DNA from: an uncultured Myxococcales bacterium
GTDB lineage: Bacteria; Myxococcota_A; UBA9042; DTJE01
NCBI GenBank assembly: GCA_903936705.1
Contig: CAIZWN010000005.1
Location: forward strand, 123,883 to 187,882
Length of the DNA: 64,000 bases
Direction of reading: 5' to 3'
Under the pieces are notes generated by a model. The model did no database searches. It was not told where the DNA came from and was given only the letters and a program-made list of their open reading frames with translations. Positions 20,229 to 30,962 of the stretch are shown here, in pieces (the first letter of the stretch is position 1; the number at the start of each line of letters is the position of its first letter). The position numbers were made by a program, and so were the translations under genes.

Positions 20229-22367
20229 ATGCACTCTGACCCGCCCCCAGGGAACGCCGGACGCCTGCTGCCGCAGAACGCCTATCGCAAGCTGGAGCCT
20301 GGCGAACAGTACCAGCCGATTGTCCCAGCGGCCAGCCGGATGGCCGAGACCACACCCTGGTCGATCGGCCTCGGCCTGCTGATGGTCGTCATCTTCTCGG
20401 CCGCCTGCGTATACATCGCCCTGCGCGCCGGCAGCGGCATCGAGGCCGCCATCCCCATCGCGGTAGCCGCCATATTCTTCGGCCGCATGCGTAAGACTCG
20501 CAGTACCATCCTCGAAAACGTCATCGTCCAGTCGGTCGGCCAGGCGTCGGGCGTGGTCGCGGCCGGTGCGGCCTTCGTCATCCCGGCACTGTACCTGAAC
20601 CAAGTGACACCCGCCTGGTGGCAGATCTTCCTGGCCTGTTTCATCGGCGGCGCCCTGGGCGTCGTGCTGATCATCCCGCTGCGCAAGTACTTCGTCGCCG
20701 AACGCCACGGTGAACTGCCATTCCCCGAGGCCACCGCCATCAACGAAATTCTGGTGTCCGGCGAGTCCTCGGGCGGCGGCGCAGGCAAGGTCCTGCTGGC
20801 GTCATTCGGCCTGGGCGCGGCCTACGATTTCGCTGTCGAGGTGGTCCACGCCTGGAACCCGGCATTGACCACGCGAACGCTGCTGGGCGACGCGGGCCAA
20901 TGGCTGTACGACTTCCGCGTCGAGATGAAGATGAACGCCATCGCGGCGCTGTTCGGGCTGGGCTATATCATCGGAGTGAAGTATGCCGCCATCATCATGG
21001 CCGGCAGCCTCCTTGCCTACACGGTAATGGTCCCGCTGGTCTTCCTGGTTGGCGGGCAGGCGGGCACGATCACGTCTGCCGGCGTCGTCTATACCGTTTC
21101 GCAAATGAGCGCCCAGGCGATATTCACGGCCTTCATCAAGCCCATCGCCATCGGCGCCATCGCCACGGCAGGCGTCATCGGGCTGATCCGCATGGGCCGA
21201 ATCATCGTCGGATCCGTCTCGCTGGGCTTCAAGGGCCTTGCCCACAAGGGTCTCGACGGCGCCCAGCGCACCGAACGTGATCTGCCCCCGTCGCAGGTCC
21301 TGTTGATCCAGCTTGGAGCCGTTCTCGCAATGGGCCTTTTGTTCTTCGTCGTCTGCATCGGGGCCGGCGGCTACGACATCGGCCAGGCCGCGCTGTACTC
21401 GGTTATCGGCATGCTGATCTCGTTCCTGCTGTGCTTCTTGTTCACGCCGGTGGCGGCCGAAGCCATCGCGATCGTCGGCACAAACCCGGTTTCCGGCATG
21501 ACTCTGGTCACCGTAGTCCTGGCCTCGCTGGTGATGACCGGCGTTGGCCTGTCGGGATCGACCGGCATCTTCGTTGCGCTGGTCATTGGCACCGCAGTCT
21601 ACACCGCACTGTCGGTCGCGGGCGGCCTGATCTCGGACTTCAAGGTCGGCTATTGGATCGGCGCCACCCCGCGCCGGCAGCAGGGATGGAAGTTCCTGGG
21701 CCTGTTCATCGCCGCGCTGGTGTGCGCGTTCGTCATCCCGGTCATGGACCAGGGATACCACTTCCTGGTCGAAAAGGGCGGCGTGATGGTCAGCAACGAG
21801 GACGTCCTGCCCGCGCCCCAGGCAAACATGATCGCGGCCGTCGTGCGCGGCCTGATGACCGGCGCCGAGCAGCCATACCTGCTGTACGGCCTGGGCGTCA
21901 TCATCAGCCTGCTGATCACGATGGCAGGCGTGCCAACGCTGGCCTTCGCGCTGGGCATGTACCTCCCCATCAGCATCAACTCGGTGATGCTGGCCGGCGG
22001 CGCTGTCGCGTGGCTGGTCGAACGTTCCGGAAAAACCCCTGAAGAACGCGAAGCCCGTACTGGCCAGGGCACACTGATCGCGTCAGGCATGATGGCCGGA
22101 GCAGCGATCATCGGCATCGTGTCAGCCGTACTGCGCCTGGACTGGACCTCCTATGCCATCAGGTTCCTCAGCGTGGGCATCGACTATGAAGTCGTCTCGA
22201 CGGCAGCCGGGGTAACGACCCTGAAGGAAACCCCAATGCCCTGGTACGAAGGCTTCACCGGCCAGGCGCTAAGCCTGGGCATGTTCGTCGCCCTGATCGT
22301 CGCAACCTACCTGCTGGCCCGCTGGGGCGCCGCAATGCAGCGCAAGGAATCCGGGGGGAAGAAGTAG
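20229..22367 (+). CDS. OPT-family oligopeptide transporter
   Basis: About 16 TM helices; N-terminal YRKLEPGEQYQPIVP and overall architecture typical of bacterial OPT (TIGR00728-like) proteins. Confidence 0.7.
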   Translation: MHSDPPPGNAGRLLPQNAYRKLEPGEQYQPIVPAASRMAETTPWSIGLGLLMVVIFSAACVYIALRAGSGIEAAIPIAVAAIFFGRMRKTRSTILENVIVQSVGQASGVVAAGAAFVIPALYLNQVTPAWWQIFLACFIGGALGVVLIIPLRKYFVAERHGELPFPEATAINEILVSGESSGGGAGKVLLASFGLGAAYDFAVEVVHAWNPALTTRTLLGDAGQWLYDFRVEMKMNAIAALFGLGYIIGVKYAAIIMAGSLLAYTVMVPLVFLVGGQAGTITSAGVVYTVSQMSAQAIFTAFIKPIAIGAIATAGVIGLIRMGRIIVGSVSLGFKGLAHKGLDGAQRTERDLPPSQVLLIQLGAVLAMGLLFFVVCIGAGGYDIGQAALYSVIGMLISFLLCFLFTPVAAEAIAIVGTNPVSGMTLVTVVLASLVMTGVGLSGSTGIFVALVIGTAVYTALSVAGGLISDFKVGYWIGATPRRQQGWKFLGLFIAALVCAFVIPVMDQGYHFLVEKGGVMVSNEDVLPAPQANMIAAVVRGLMTGAEQPYLLYGLGVIISLLITMAGVPTLAFALGMYLPISINSVMLAGGAVAWLVERSGKTPEEREARTGQGTLIASGMMAGAAIIGIVSAVLRLDWTSYAIRFLSVGIDYEVVSTAAGVTTLKETPMPWYEGFTGQALSLGMFVALIVATYLLARWGAAMQRKESGGKK

Positions 22368-22377
22368 GGGGTGCCCA

Positions 22378-22572
22378 GTGAGCGCGAAGGGACCGGACGT
22401 CTTTGCCCTGCGGGACGCGGTAGTCGGCGACTACCGGAAGTTCGCGACGTCGTTCACGACCATCTACGCGGACGACATCGTGGAGAAGCGGGACAGGAAG
22501 GCGTTCGGCTCGTACCGCACGAAGGATCTGATCCTGGCGGCCTACCAGCGCCTGGAGCGAGGTGCCACGTGA
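22378..22572 (+). CDS. Small hypothetical protein (64 aa), translationally coupled to the downstream gene
   Basis: GTG start; its stop TGA overlaps the GTG start of the next gene (GTGA at 22569-22572); no recognisable domain. Confidence 0.4.
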   Translation: MSAKGPDVFALRDAVVGDYRKFATSFTTIYADDIVEKRDRKAFGSYRTKDLILAAYQRLERGAT

Positions 22573-24230
22573 CCAGTGAACTTGAGGGCCAGGTCATCGA
22601 TCGCAAATCCCTGCGCGTGGTGACTGGCAGAGCCGCCGACTTCCAGGCGCTGGCCAACGACTGCGTGTGCTTCGCCAACAGCGCCGGAGGTACCTTGCTC
22701 ATCGGGATCGAGGACGAGGAGACCCACCCACCGCCGGACCAGCGGGTGGACCCGGCCCTCCTCGACCGCATCCGCAAGCGCATCGGGGAACTGACCGTCA
22801 ACGTCCAGGTGCTCCCGGAACTGGCCAGGGACGACAACGGCGGCGATTACATCCTGCTCCAGATACCGCGGTCTATGGGCGTGGCTTCGACCAGCGACGG
22901 TCGTTACTTCCTGCGAGTCGGCGACACCTGCCGCCCGGTCACCGGCGATGATGTGCTCCGCCTCGCAGATGAACGCCCGTCCGTCCCCTGGGAAACGATG
23001 ACCTCGCTGGGTGCGAAGGTGTCCGAGGTCGACCCGGCACAGGTTGGCCGGTTGACCGCGCGGCTCCGCGCTTCGGACCGGGTCAAGGACTCCGTGAAGG
23101 AGAAGTCTGACGGCGAGCTACTTGAACACTACAGGCTGGCCACCTCGGATGTCATGACGAACCTGGGCATCCTGCTGGTGGGTCGGCCGGCCAACCGGGC
23201 CCGGCTGGGGACAGCGCCAATTGTCCAAGCGATCCGATACGACGACCGGGGCGTGAAGGTCGGCAAGTTCGTCTGGGACGACTACGAGTTGTCTCCCTTC
23301 GAGCTGATCGACGCGATCTGGGCCAGCGTCCCCGACTTCAGGGAGAGCTACGAGTTCCCGGACGGCATGTTCCGGACAGCCGTGCCGGCGTTCGACGAGG
23401 CCGTCGTTCGGGAATTGCTGGTGAATGCCCTGGTGCACCGGCCGTACACGCAGCGAGGCGACATCTTCCTGAATCTCCACCCCGACCGGATGGAGGTCGT
23501 GAACCCTGGCCGACTGCCGCTGGGCGTCACCCCTAAGAACATCCTACACGCGAGCCGGCGCCGTAACGATGGGCTGGCCCGCATGTTCCACGACCTGAAG
23601 CTGATGGAGCGCGAAGGCAGCGGGTTCGACCTGATGTACGAGAAGTTGCTTGGCAGCGGGCGGACCGCGCCAGTCGTCACGGAGGGAGTGGACTCCGTGC
23701 ACGTCACCATCCCCCGGCGACTCGTTCACCCTGGGACCATCCGGTTGCTGTCCGACACCGACCAAAGGTTCCAGTTGACGCGGAGGGAGAGGATCGTCCT
23801 CGCGCTGCTGGCACAGTCCGAGGGGCTCAAGGCGTCGGAATTCGTGGACCGTCTGGAGCTGAATGACACGGAGAACATTCGTTACTGGCTGGGCCGCCTG
23901 ACCGACCTGGGCCTGGTAAGGCAGGTCGGACGGACCCGGGCCACCCGGTACTTCGTGGAGCCGGGCGTCCTCAAAGCCGCCGGGCTGGACGCGGTAACCA
24001 CGCTGACCAGGGTTGAATCATACCGCGTACAGGCGCTAATCCTTGAGGACCTAGGGCGCTACCCCGACTCGGCCATCTCCGAGATTCATCGCAGGATCGG
24101 GTCGGAGATTCCGCTGCGTCTGGTCCGTCGCGCTCTTGCAAGCCTGCTCGACGATAAGCGGATCCTGCCCCTCGGGGACCGCCGTTGGCGCAAGTATCGG
24201 CCGGCACCGCCTATTGACCGGGAACGATGA
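22569..24230 (+). CDS. AlbA_2 (divergent AAA/Schlafen-like) + HATPase_c_4 + winged-helix protein; putative DNA-binding regulator or defence-associated ATPase
   Basis: CFANSAGGTLLIGIEDE (AlbA_2 core); RELLVNALVHRPY...NPG...RRRN..LARMFHDLKLMEREGSGFD (HATPase_c_4 signature); C-terminal wHTH; annotated ORF upstream of 22569 is out-of-frame read-through. Confidence 0.7.
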   Translation: MTSELEGQVIDRKSLRVVTGRAADFQALANDCVCFANSAGGTLLIGIEDEETHPPPDQRVDPALLDRIRKRIGELTVNVQVLPELARDDNGGDYILLQIPRSMGVASTSDGRYFLRVGDTCRPVTGDDVLRLADERPSVPWETMTSLGAKVSEVDPAQVGRLTARLRASDRVKDSVKEKSDGELLEHYRLATSDVMTNLGILLVGRPANRARLGTAPIVQAIRYDDRGVKVGKFVWDDYELSPFELIDAIWASVPDFRESYEFPDGMFRTAVPAFDEAVVRELLVNALVHRPYTQRGDIFLNLHPDRMEVVNPGRLPLGVTPKNILHASRRRNDGLARMFHDLKLMEREGSGFDLMYEKLLGSGRTAPVVTEGVDSVHVTIPRRLVHPGTIRLLSDTDQRFQLTRRERIVLALLAQSEGLKASEFVDRLELNDTENIRYWLGRLTDLGLVRQVGRTRATRYFVEPGVLKAAGLDAVTTLTRVESYRVQALILEDLGRYPDSAISEIHRRIGSEIPLRLVRRALASLLDDKRILPLGDRRWRKYRPAPPIDRER

Positions 24231-24385
24231 GAGTGTCCAATAGACGCGGTCAATGGAGCGGCAGACTTATTGAAAAGACTTGGTTTTCTATTGAAGCGTT
24301 TCCGGGCGAGTTGGTGGTCAATGGGCAGGACGTTCAATAGAAACCGTCCGATCGAAGGGAGTCCCACCGCACGACGGAGGTTGAG

Positions 24386-24619
24386 ATGATCCCGCCCCTG
24401 CCGCCGCTGAAGGTGACGCTGCTGGAGAAGGCCGCCGCGGACAACGGGTTCGATCTACCGCTGGCCCGGGACGCGAACTGGCTGGGGTTTGCCAAAACCC
24501 ATGCGCCCATGAAGTTGTTCTTGCTGGGCCTGGCTGCGCCGCTGAAGGTCCGAACCCTTTGCAAAAGCCATCGGAGCTACTTGCCGTGGCACCGAGAGCG
24601 GGTGTTCAAGGGGTCGTGA
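24386..24619 (+). CDS. Small hypothetical protein (77 aa)
   Basis: Strong RBS GGAGGttgagATG; no known domain. Confidence 0.3.
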   Translation: MIPPLPPLKVTLLEKAAADNGFDLPLARDANWLGFAKTHAPMKLFLLGLAAPLKVRTLCKSHRSYLPWHRERVFKGS

Positions 24620-24688
24620 CGTCGAGGTCGGTTTCGACGTGCCAACTGGCACCCATCTAACGCCCCCTTCGTCCCTCGCATACAACCG

Positions 24689-25738
24689 CTAGTCCTTCCG
24701 GTCCTTGCCCCCCAGCCATCCCTGGCGGCGAAACCACCAAAGCATCGATCCGGCGGATCCTAGAATGAGCGTCCAGAAGAAGGGATAGCCATATCGCCAG
24801 GACAATTCCGGCATGTTGAAGGGCGAATCCTCGGCATGGAAATTCATGCCATAGACACTCGCCAGGAACGACAACGGCATGAACAGCGTGGCGATGATCG
24901 TCAGAACCTTCATGATGGCGTTCAGACGGTTTCCAACCGAGGACTGGAAAGCCTCCATCAGGCTGGAACCGATCTCGCGATACGTCTCGATCATGTCCAA
25001 CACCTGGACGGAATGGTCCAGGCAGTCTCGCAGGAAGTCGCGCGTGCCAGGCGTTATCAACGAGGAATCCTCGCGCAGCAGCGACGCCAGCGCGTCCCGC
25101 AGCGGCCACGTGGCTCGCCGCAGGGCCAACAGGTCTCGCTTGATCTGGTGAATCGCTGGGATGCACTCGTTGGATGGCCGGTCCAGGATCGAGTCCTCCA
25201 GGACGTCCATGCGTTCGCCGAAGGCCTCCAGCACCGGGAAGTACCCGTCCACCACGGCGTCCAGCAGCGCCCACGCAAGGTAGTCAGCGCCGCCGGCACG
25301 CAGGCGCGTTGCTCCAGCACGCAGACGATCCCGAACACTGGACAGGCAGTCACCTGGGCGCCGCTGCTGGAAGGTCAGCACGAATCCTGGCCCCAGAAAC
25401 ATCGACAACTGCTCGGATTCCAGACGATCCTGGGCGGCGAACAGCATTCGGGCGACAACGAACAGGTGCCCGTCATAGCGCTCGGCCTTCGGGCGCTGCG
25501 TGGGATTCAAGACGTCTTCCTGAGCCAGAATGTGCATGTCAAAAACGGACGCGATACGCTGGACGGTCGTGGCATCACCGACCCCATCGACATCGACCCA
25601 GGTAACGGGGCGACGGCCTCTCCAGGATGAGATCTCGTCTGGACTGGAAAGAACGGCTTCCTCGATCGCGTCGGGTCCATAACTGAAAACGCGGATGACC
25701 GGCGGCACGACAGGTTCCGGCACCGGACTTCCGGGCAT
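24689..25738 (-). CDS. corA: CorA-family Mg2+/Co2+ transporter
   Basis: YGMNF signature followed by two C-terminal TM helices; ORF extends to 25894 with a Pro-rich extension (start uncertain). Confidence 0.8.
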   Translation of the reverse strand: MPGSPVPEPVVPPVIRVFSYGPDAIEEAVLSSPDEISSWRGRRPVTWVDVDGVGDATTVQRIASVFDMHILAQEDVLNPTQRPKAERYDGHLFVVARMLFAAQDRLESEQLSMFLGPGFVLTFQQRRPGDCLSSVRDRLRAGATRLRAGGADYLAWALLDAVVDGYFPVLEAFGERMDVLEDSILDRPSNECIPAIHQIKRDLLALRRATWPLRDALASLLREDSSLITPGTRDFLRDCLDHSVQVLDMIETYREIGSSLMEAFQSSVGNRLNAIMKVLTIIATLFMPLSFLASVYGMNFHAEDSPFNMPELSWRYGYPFFWTLILGSAGSMLWWFRRQGWLGGKDRKD

Positions 25739-26028
25739 AGCGGCGCCGGGAACCGCACTTGAGCCTCCCGACCCGATCGGAACCCCAGGCTCGGGTGGCG
25801 ACGCCCGTCGGTCCGGCAGCGCAAACCATCGGCGGTAGTGGCGAAGGTCCATGTGTCGCCCCTGTAGGTTGGCGCGATCGTAGACCGGATCCACCCAGAC
25901 TATCCAGTGGACATGTATTCTCGGTCTTTCGACACGGCGTAATCAGGCCCCAGAACGTCAGGAAAGCACCGACTGACAGGAAATTCCAACTACTCCGCCG
26001 TCCGCACCAGGGTTTTGAATGCGCGGGT

Positions 26029-26811
26029 TCAAGAACCAACGAAGACGGGAGGTCGGCGCTTCAGGAAGGCTTCCATGCCTTCCTTCTGATCGACGGTGCC
26101 GAAAAGTGCCGAGAAGGCTTGCGCCTCTGCCTCAAGCGCATCGCGACAACAAACGTCGGTAGCGCCCAGCACCAGGCGTTTGGCCAGTGCCACGGCAAGC
26201 GGCGCTCGCGACGCGATCTTGCGCGCCAGTTCCATCGCCTGTGGCATCAGGTCGTCCGCCGGCAGCACCTTCTGGACCAGGCCCAGCCGCAGCGCCTCGG
26301 CAGCGGGATAGGTGTCACCACCCAGGATCCATTCCATTGCGGACTTTCGGCCAATCGCCCGGATCAGCCTTGCGGTGCCCCCGAAGCCCGGGATCACACC
26401 CAGCTTGACCTCTGGCTGACCGAACAGCGCGTTCTGCGCAGCGTAGACCACGTCGCAGGCTAGAACGAGTTCGCAGCCTCCCCCCAGCGCGAACCCGTTC
26501 ACCGCGGCAATCACCGGGATCGGCAGCGCCTCGAGATCGTCGAACGCCGCCTGCCCGTCGCGCGCAAATGTCACGGCTTCTTCGCGCGTCATCGCTGACA
26601 TCTCGGCGATGTCAGCCCCGGCCACAAAGCTTTTGGGCCCCGCGCCAGTGATGACCATGCAGCGACAGGAAGGTGTCGCGGATACCTCGGCAACAGCGGC
26701 CCTCAGCTCGGCCAGCACATTCCGATTCAACGCGTTTAGGACCTCCGGTCGCTGGATCGTCAGTGTCGCAACAGGTCCGTCGAACAGTAGGGTAAGTGTG
26801 TTGTAGGCCAT
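26029..26811 (-). CDS. Enoyl-CoA hydratase/isomerase (crotonase) family protein
   Basis: Crotonase-fold oxyanion-hole region (VITGAGPKSFVAGADI ... AVNGFALGGGCEL). Confidence 0.85.
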   Translation of the reverse strand: MAYNTLTLLFDGPVATLTIQRPEVLNALNRNVLAELRAAVAEVSATPSCRCMVITGAGPKSFVAGADIAEMSAMTREEAVTFARDGQAAFDDLEALPIPVIAAVNGFALGGGCELVLACDVVYAAQNALFGQPEVKLGVIPGFGGTARLIRAIGRKSAMEWILGGDTYPAAEALRLGLVQKVLPADDLMPQAMELARKIASRAPLAVALAKRLVLGATDVCCRDALEAEAQAFSALFGTVDQKEGMEAFLKRRPPVFVGS

Positions 26812-26887
26812 GCCCAGCTCCGGCGATACAGTTGGACCAATCTTATCGTACTGTGGAGGGAGCGGGAAGCAGAATCACAGAGGCCTT

Positions 26888-27160
26888 TCAGTTCTGGCCT
26901 TGCCGCCGCACGAAGTACGTCATGACAACCCCATCTGCGTCAGTATCGGTCCAGGCTGCATAGCCCTTGCCTTCTGCCATGGCCACCAGCGGCGCCGGCA
27001 CAAAGGGCGTCACCAGCAGGAAGACCTCGTCTGGGCCCAGGTCGGCCAGCCCCTGCATTACCTGGGGCATCGGGTGGGCGCCCTGCCCCAACATGACTCG
27101 GGCGTCCAATGTCTGCGAGGGTTCTACGATCCAGTTCGGCCTGCCGCTAGTTGTAACCAC
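26888..27160 (-). CDS. DUF2249-domain small protein
   Basis: LDAR...P.P...L..L..GE.L.L...P.PL pattern typical of DUF2249; tightly linked to the DUF438 gene. Confidence 0.55.
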   Translation of the reverse strand: MVTTSGRPNWIVEPSQTLDARVMLGQGAHPMPQVMQGLADLGPDEVFLLVTPFVPAPLVAMAEGKGYAAWTDTDADGVVMTYFVRRQGQN

Positions 27161-27169
27161 GTTTCCTCC

Positions 27170-28429
27170 TCAACCCTGTCCACCGGATGCCGCAGCGCCT
27201 TCCCAGGACAGAAGCCTGCGATCGCCCTGCAATTCCCGTTTCGCCGTTAGATCCTGGCTGACCTCCAGGGTCCCAAGGTACTTCCCTGCATCGTCACGCA
27301 ATGCCAGATATTCGATGTGAAGGAAGCGCCCCTTCATCGTCAGCCAGAACGCCGCGTTATCCTTCTGTCCGGCCTTGAATGCCGCCAGGATCTGCTCGAC
27401 CACGTGGACACTGTGGGGCGGGTGGCAGAATTGCACCTTGCGGCCCAGAATGGCGCGGTTGCGATCGAAAATGCGCTCCTTGCCCTGGGTGAAATACCTT
27501 ACGGTGTCGTCACTATCGACGAATGTCAGATCGAACGGAATCGTGTTCAGGATGGCCTGAAGTTCTGTTGGCGTGAACGCCCCGCTGGGCAATTGGATGC
27601 GCCCCTCATCAACCACCCTCGTCGCCGGCGCCGGCGAGAACCCTTCGGGCAACCAGACATCGGTCGGGTCGAACAGGCAATACCCGATCTCGTTGGACTG
27701 GCTGGCAATATCCATCCACTCGGCATCGTCCAGCGTATCCAGGCACATCGGCAGCAGGATTTGTTCCTCCTTGTCGATCATGCCCGAAAGCGCCTCGATG
27801 GCCGGCCGCAACAGCCGCGGCACCAGGGCGCGCGCCTCGTCCCCCTTCAGACCTACAGACGTCTCCAACGCCTGGATCGCGTTCTTCAGCAGTGCACGGG
27901 TCTCGTCGTGCTTGCCCCACATCACAGTTGGCGGCCCGGTGATTCCGTGCTTTTCCAGGTGCGGGAACAGCAGGTATTCCTTGCGACGGTAATGCTTGTC
28001 AACGTCCATCAGGGCGTTGAACCTGGCGCGAACCTGCTGCATCGGTTCCAAAACATCAGCATCGGCTGGCAAAGACTGCACCTCAACCAGGACACGTTCC
28101 AGATGCGTCAGTTCCCACTCGATGGCGCGATTCTCCTGCTGCATCGTGTGAACCGGATGTCCGGGCGGTGCCACCCCGGCGCCCTCCTGGCTGATGACGC
28201 CCTTCAACGCCGCGGTGTGGACATCGCACAGCCGCAAGACCTCGGCCATCGGCAGGCCTTCGGCGATCAACTCCTGTTCGACCTCCACGACCTCGCCGTA
28301 CGGCACATCGCCAAGCAGACGGGCAAGCATGGGCCTCACAGCCTCGGGAGCCTCCCCCCGGTGCAACTGGAGAATCATGTGTTTAAGCAGTTCCTTGCGC
28401 CGCTGGGCGTTGTTGATTAGTTCACTCAC
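27170..28429 (-). CDS. DUF438 / hemerythrin-like / PAS domain sensor protein
   Basis: N-terminal DUF438-like region, central HHE cation-binding motifs (HYRRKEYLLFPHLEKH, WGKHDE), C-terminal PAS-like segment. Confidence 0.6.
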   Translation of the reverse strand: MSELINNAQRRKELLKHMILQLHRGEAPEAVRPMLARLLGDVPYGEVVEVEQELIAEGLPMAEVLRLCDVHTAALKGVISQEGAGVAPPGHPVHTMQQENRAIEWELTHLERVLVEVQSLPADADVLEPMQQVRARFNALMDVDKHYRRKEYLLFPHLEKHGITGPPTVMWGKHDETRALLKNAIQALETSVGLKGDEARALVPRLLRPAIEALSGMIDKEEQILLPMCLDTLDDAEWMDIASQSNEIGYCLFDPTDVWLPEGFSPAPATRVVDEGRIQLPSGAFTPTELQAILNTIPFDLTFVDSDDTVRYFTQGKERIFDRNRAILGRKVQFCHPPHSVHVVEQILAAFKAGQKDNAAFWLTMKGRFLHIEYLALRDDAGKYLGTLEVSQDLTAKRELQGDRRLLSWEGAAASGGQG

Positions 28430-28508
28430 GAGTTTGCCTCCCTGGCTTCGATTCCGGGTAAGAACCGATGCAGGAGGCGTGCCAATTTCAGAGTCGCAGT
28501 TCCGAATT

Positions 28509-30104
28509 TCACGAGCGCGGCAAACGATCCAGGCCGTGGCGCTTCAGCTTGCCCTGCAATGTCGTTGGCTTCAGCCCCAGCAGCGCGGCAGCGCCGCCAG
28601 TTCCGTAGACGCGGCCATCGCTGGCATCCAGCGCCCGCCCCAGAATCAAGCGAACCTCGTCATCCCAGCGACCCGGCGCCTTCGATGCCAACGACTCCCT
28701 ACCGGCCTCCCAAGCGTGTATCGGTCCGCCACCAGGCAGCCCCGCCAATACCGGCTGCCTCCCTGACGCATCGGGCAGGACCAACTCGGTACCCGAATGC
28801 AGGATCAGCGCACGTTCGATGAAGTTCTCCAGTTCCCGCACGTTACCCGGCCAATCGGCCCTCTCCAGTTCCAGCCACGCCTCCTCGGACACGCGAGGGA
28901 CACGCCTGCTCATCGCGGCCGACAGCCGCGCCAGAAAATGCAGCACCAGCGGGCGAATGTCCTCACGATGCTCGCGCAGCGGTGGCAGCAAAATCGGAAA
29001 GGTGCTCAGGCGGTAGTAAAGGTCCGAACGAAACGCCCCCTGGCCAACCAGTGCCTCCAGGGGCCGGTTCGTCGCAGCAACCACGCGCACGTCCACCTTC
29101 ACCGGCAGCGTCCCGCCCACCCTCTGAATCTCGTGGTCCTGCAGCACCCTCAGCAGCTTTACCTGCACCGGCATTGGCGCGTCACCGATCTCGTCCAGGA
29201 ACAACGTCCCCTGGTCAGCCTGCTCGATACGCCCAATCCGCCGCGCCGTCGCCCCCGTGAATGCCCCTTTTTCATGCCCGAAAAGTTCGCTTTCAATCAG
29301 CGTCTCGGGAATCGCGCCCACATTGACCGTGACGAATGGCCCTCCGAACCTGGCGCTGTACTCATGTATCAGGCGCGCAAGCCCTTCCTTGCCCGTACCC
29401 GTTTCGCCACGAATCAGAACCGTTGCATTCGAGGCGGCCACACGCCGCGCCTGGTCCAGCACCTGCCGCATCAGCGGACTGTCGGCCACGTATCGCGCCT
29501 CGCCGCCGGTCAAACGTATCTGGTCCCTCAGGATTGCGTTTTCCCTGCCCAGCAGACGGTTCAACCGGCGAACCTCCTCGACCATCAAGCTGTTGTGCAA
29601 GGCGATGGCCACCAGGCCGGCCACACGCGCAGCACCGTCCAGGCAACAGTCCAGCAGACCGTGGCTTGATAGATGCGCGATGTCCAATGTCCCCAGCACG
29701 TGGTCCTCGAATACCAACGGGAAGGACACCAGCGCCCCATAGCCGTCCAAAGCCAAAATCCGCTCTTCGCGGCATCTGGGATTCGCGGCATCCAGTTGTT
29801 CCAACACGTTGGCCCGACGCTCGCCAATGGCCGGACCGCAAACCGAGTCCGATATCGGAATGATCAGCCCTACCGCCAATTCCCTTTGCGATTTCGGGTC
29901 ATCGACGAACAGGATTTCAACGACATCGGGATGCTCGGGGACCCAACGATGAATCGACAGTCTGGTCAAACCGAAATATTTCCGCATCAACTCTGCGGTT
30001 CGCTGTACGACCACCTGAATATCCATGGTCGACAGGATCGCGTGCAATGCCTCGTCTACAAGCCCTTCTCGGTTCCGGTGACCGGGACAGTGTTTCCGCT
30101 GCAT
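28509..30104 (-). CDS. Sigma-54-dependent transcriptional activator with N-terminal GAF domain(s) (NorR-like architecture)
   Basis: GETGTGKE Walker A, GAFTGA sigma-54 contact motif, C-terminal HTH; GAF-like N-terminus. Confidence 0.85.
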   Translation of the reverse strand: MQRKHCPGHRNREGLVDEALHAILSTMDIQVVVQRTAELMRKYFGLTRLSIHRWVPEHPDVVEILFVDDPKSQRELAVGLIIPISDSVCGPAIGERRANVLEQLDAANPRCREERILALDGYGALVSFPLVFEDHVLGTLDIAHLSSHGLLDCCLDGAARVAGLVAIALHNSLMVEEVRRLNRLLGRENAILRDQIRLTGGEARYVADSPLMRQVLDQARRVAASNATVLIRGETGTGKEGLARLIHEYSARFGGPFVTVNVGAIPETLIESELFGHEKGAFTGATARRIGRIEQADQGTLFLDEIGDAPMPVQVKLLRVLQDHEIQRVGGTLPVKVDVRVVAATNRPLEALVGQGAFRSDLYYRLSTFPILLPPLREHREDIRPLVLHFLARLSAAMSRRVPRVSEEAWLELERADWPGNVRELENFIERALILHSGTELVLPDASGRQPVLAGLPGGGPIHAWEAGRESLASKAPGRWDDEVRLILGRALDASDGRVYGTGGAAALLGLKPTTLQGKLKRHGLDRLPRS

Positions 30105-30288
30105 GAATCACGACCTCGCTTGGTACAAGTCACGGGCTTGGCAACTAAATATAGTTACCACACCCAAATTTCGGTAATTGTAAACCATATTTCGGTTACT
30201 GCCACCACAGGACCCGCGTCTTCGCGCATTATCAAGTTGGCACGCCTCATGCTCTTGTTCCCAATCGTTGACATCAAGGAGTTCCCCA

Positions 30289-30906
30289 ATGGACCCAATC
30301 GACGTACTGATGGACGAGCACCAGACGATCCTTGAAGTACTCGACGCCATGGACGGGTACGTGGCCAGGATCAATGACCAGGGGGCAGATCCGGCAGACC
30401 TTCGCAGTTTCACCGACTTCCTGCGTGGTTTTGCCGACACGTACCACCACGGCAAGGAGGAAGAGATCCTCTTTACGTCCCTGGTCGCGAACGGCTTCCC
30501 GCGAGACTCGGGGCCGATCGCGGTGATGCTGTACGAACACGAGGAGAGTCGAAAGAACGTAAGAGCACTGGTCCGACTTGCAGAACTCGCCGATCGACCC
30601 GCAGCCTGGGACGACGCCGAACGCATCAAAATTGCGACATATGCACGCAGCTATTCCTCCCTGCTGCGCTCGCACATCGAAAAGGAGGACCACATCCTGT
30701 ACCCAATGGCACGCCGCCACCTCCCGGCCCCACAGATGGAGGAAATTCGGTTAGAATTCGACAGTTTCGAGGAACAGCAAGGCACGACCGGACGACCTTC
30801 CGAGCTGAGGGCCTTGGCTGGTCGCCTGGTGTCGGCGTACGGCAGGACGGCCGGAAAGCTGGATGAGATTTCAGGTAAAGCGGCCGTCGCGGGCGCGGCG
30901 TCCTAA
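30289..30906 (+). CDS. Hemerythrin HHE cation-binding domain protein
   Basis: H..HH.KEEEILF ... E.EDHILYP motif pairs; divergent from the sigma-54 regulator. Confidence 0.7.
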   Translation: MDPIDVLMDEHQTILEVLDAMDGYVARINDQGADPADLRSFTDFLRGFADTYHHGKEEEILFTSLVANGFPRDSGPIAVMLYEHEESRKNVRALVRLAELADRPAAWDDAERIKIATYARSYSSLLRSHIEKEDHILYPMARRHLPAPQMEEIRLEFDSFEEQQGTTGRPSELRALAGRLVSAYGRTAGKLDEISGKAAVAGAAS

Positions 30907-30962
30907 GGCGACGAAACACCGCAGAATCGACAGGAATCTTTTTGATGCAGGGAGGAAATCAC

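Noticed and set aside
22371-22568. N-terminal 66 codons of the annotated 619-aa ORF (MPSEREGTGRLCPAGRG...)
   Set aside because: Out-of-frame overlap with the 64-aa ORF and no domain content. The AlbA_2 domain begins right after an in-frame GTG at 22569 that overlaps the upstream stop (GTGA), so the shorter start is preferred.
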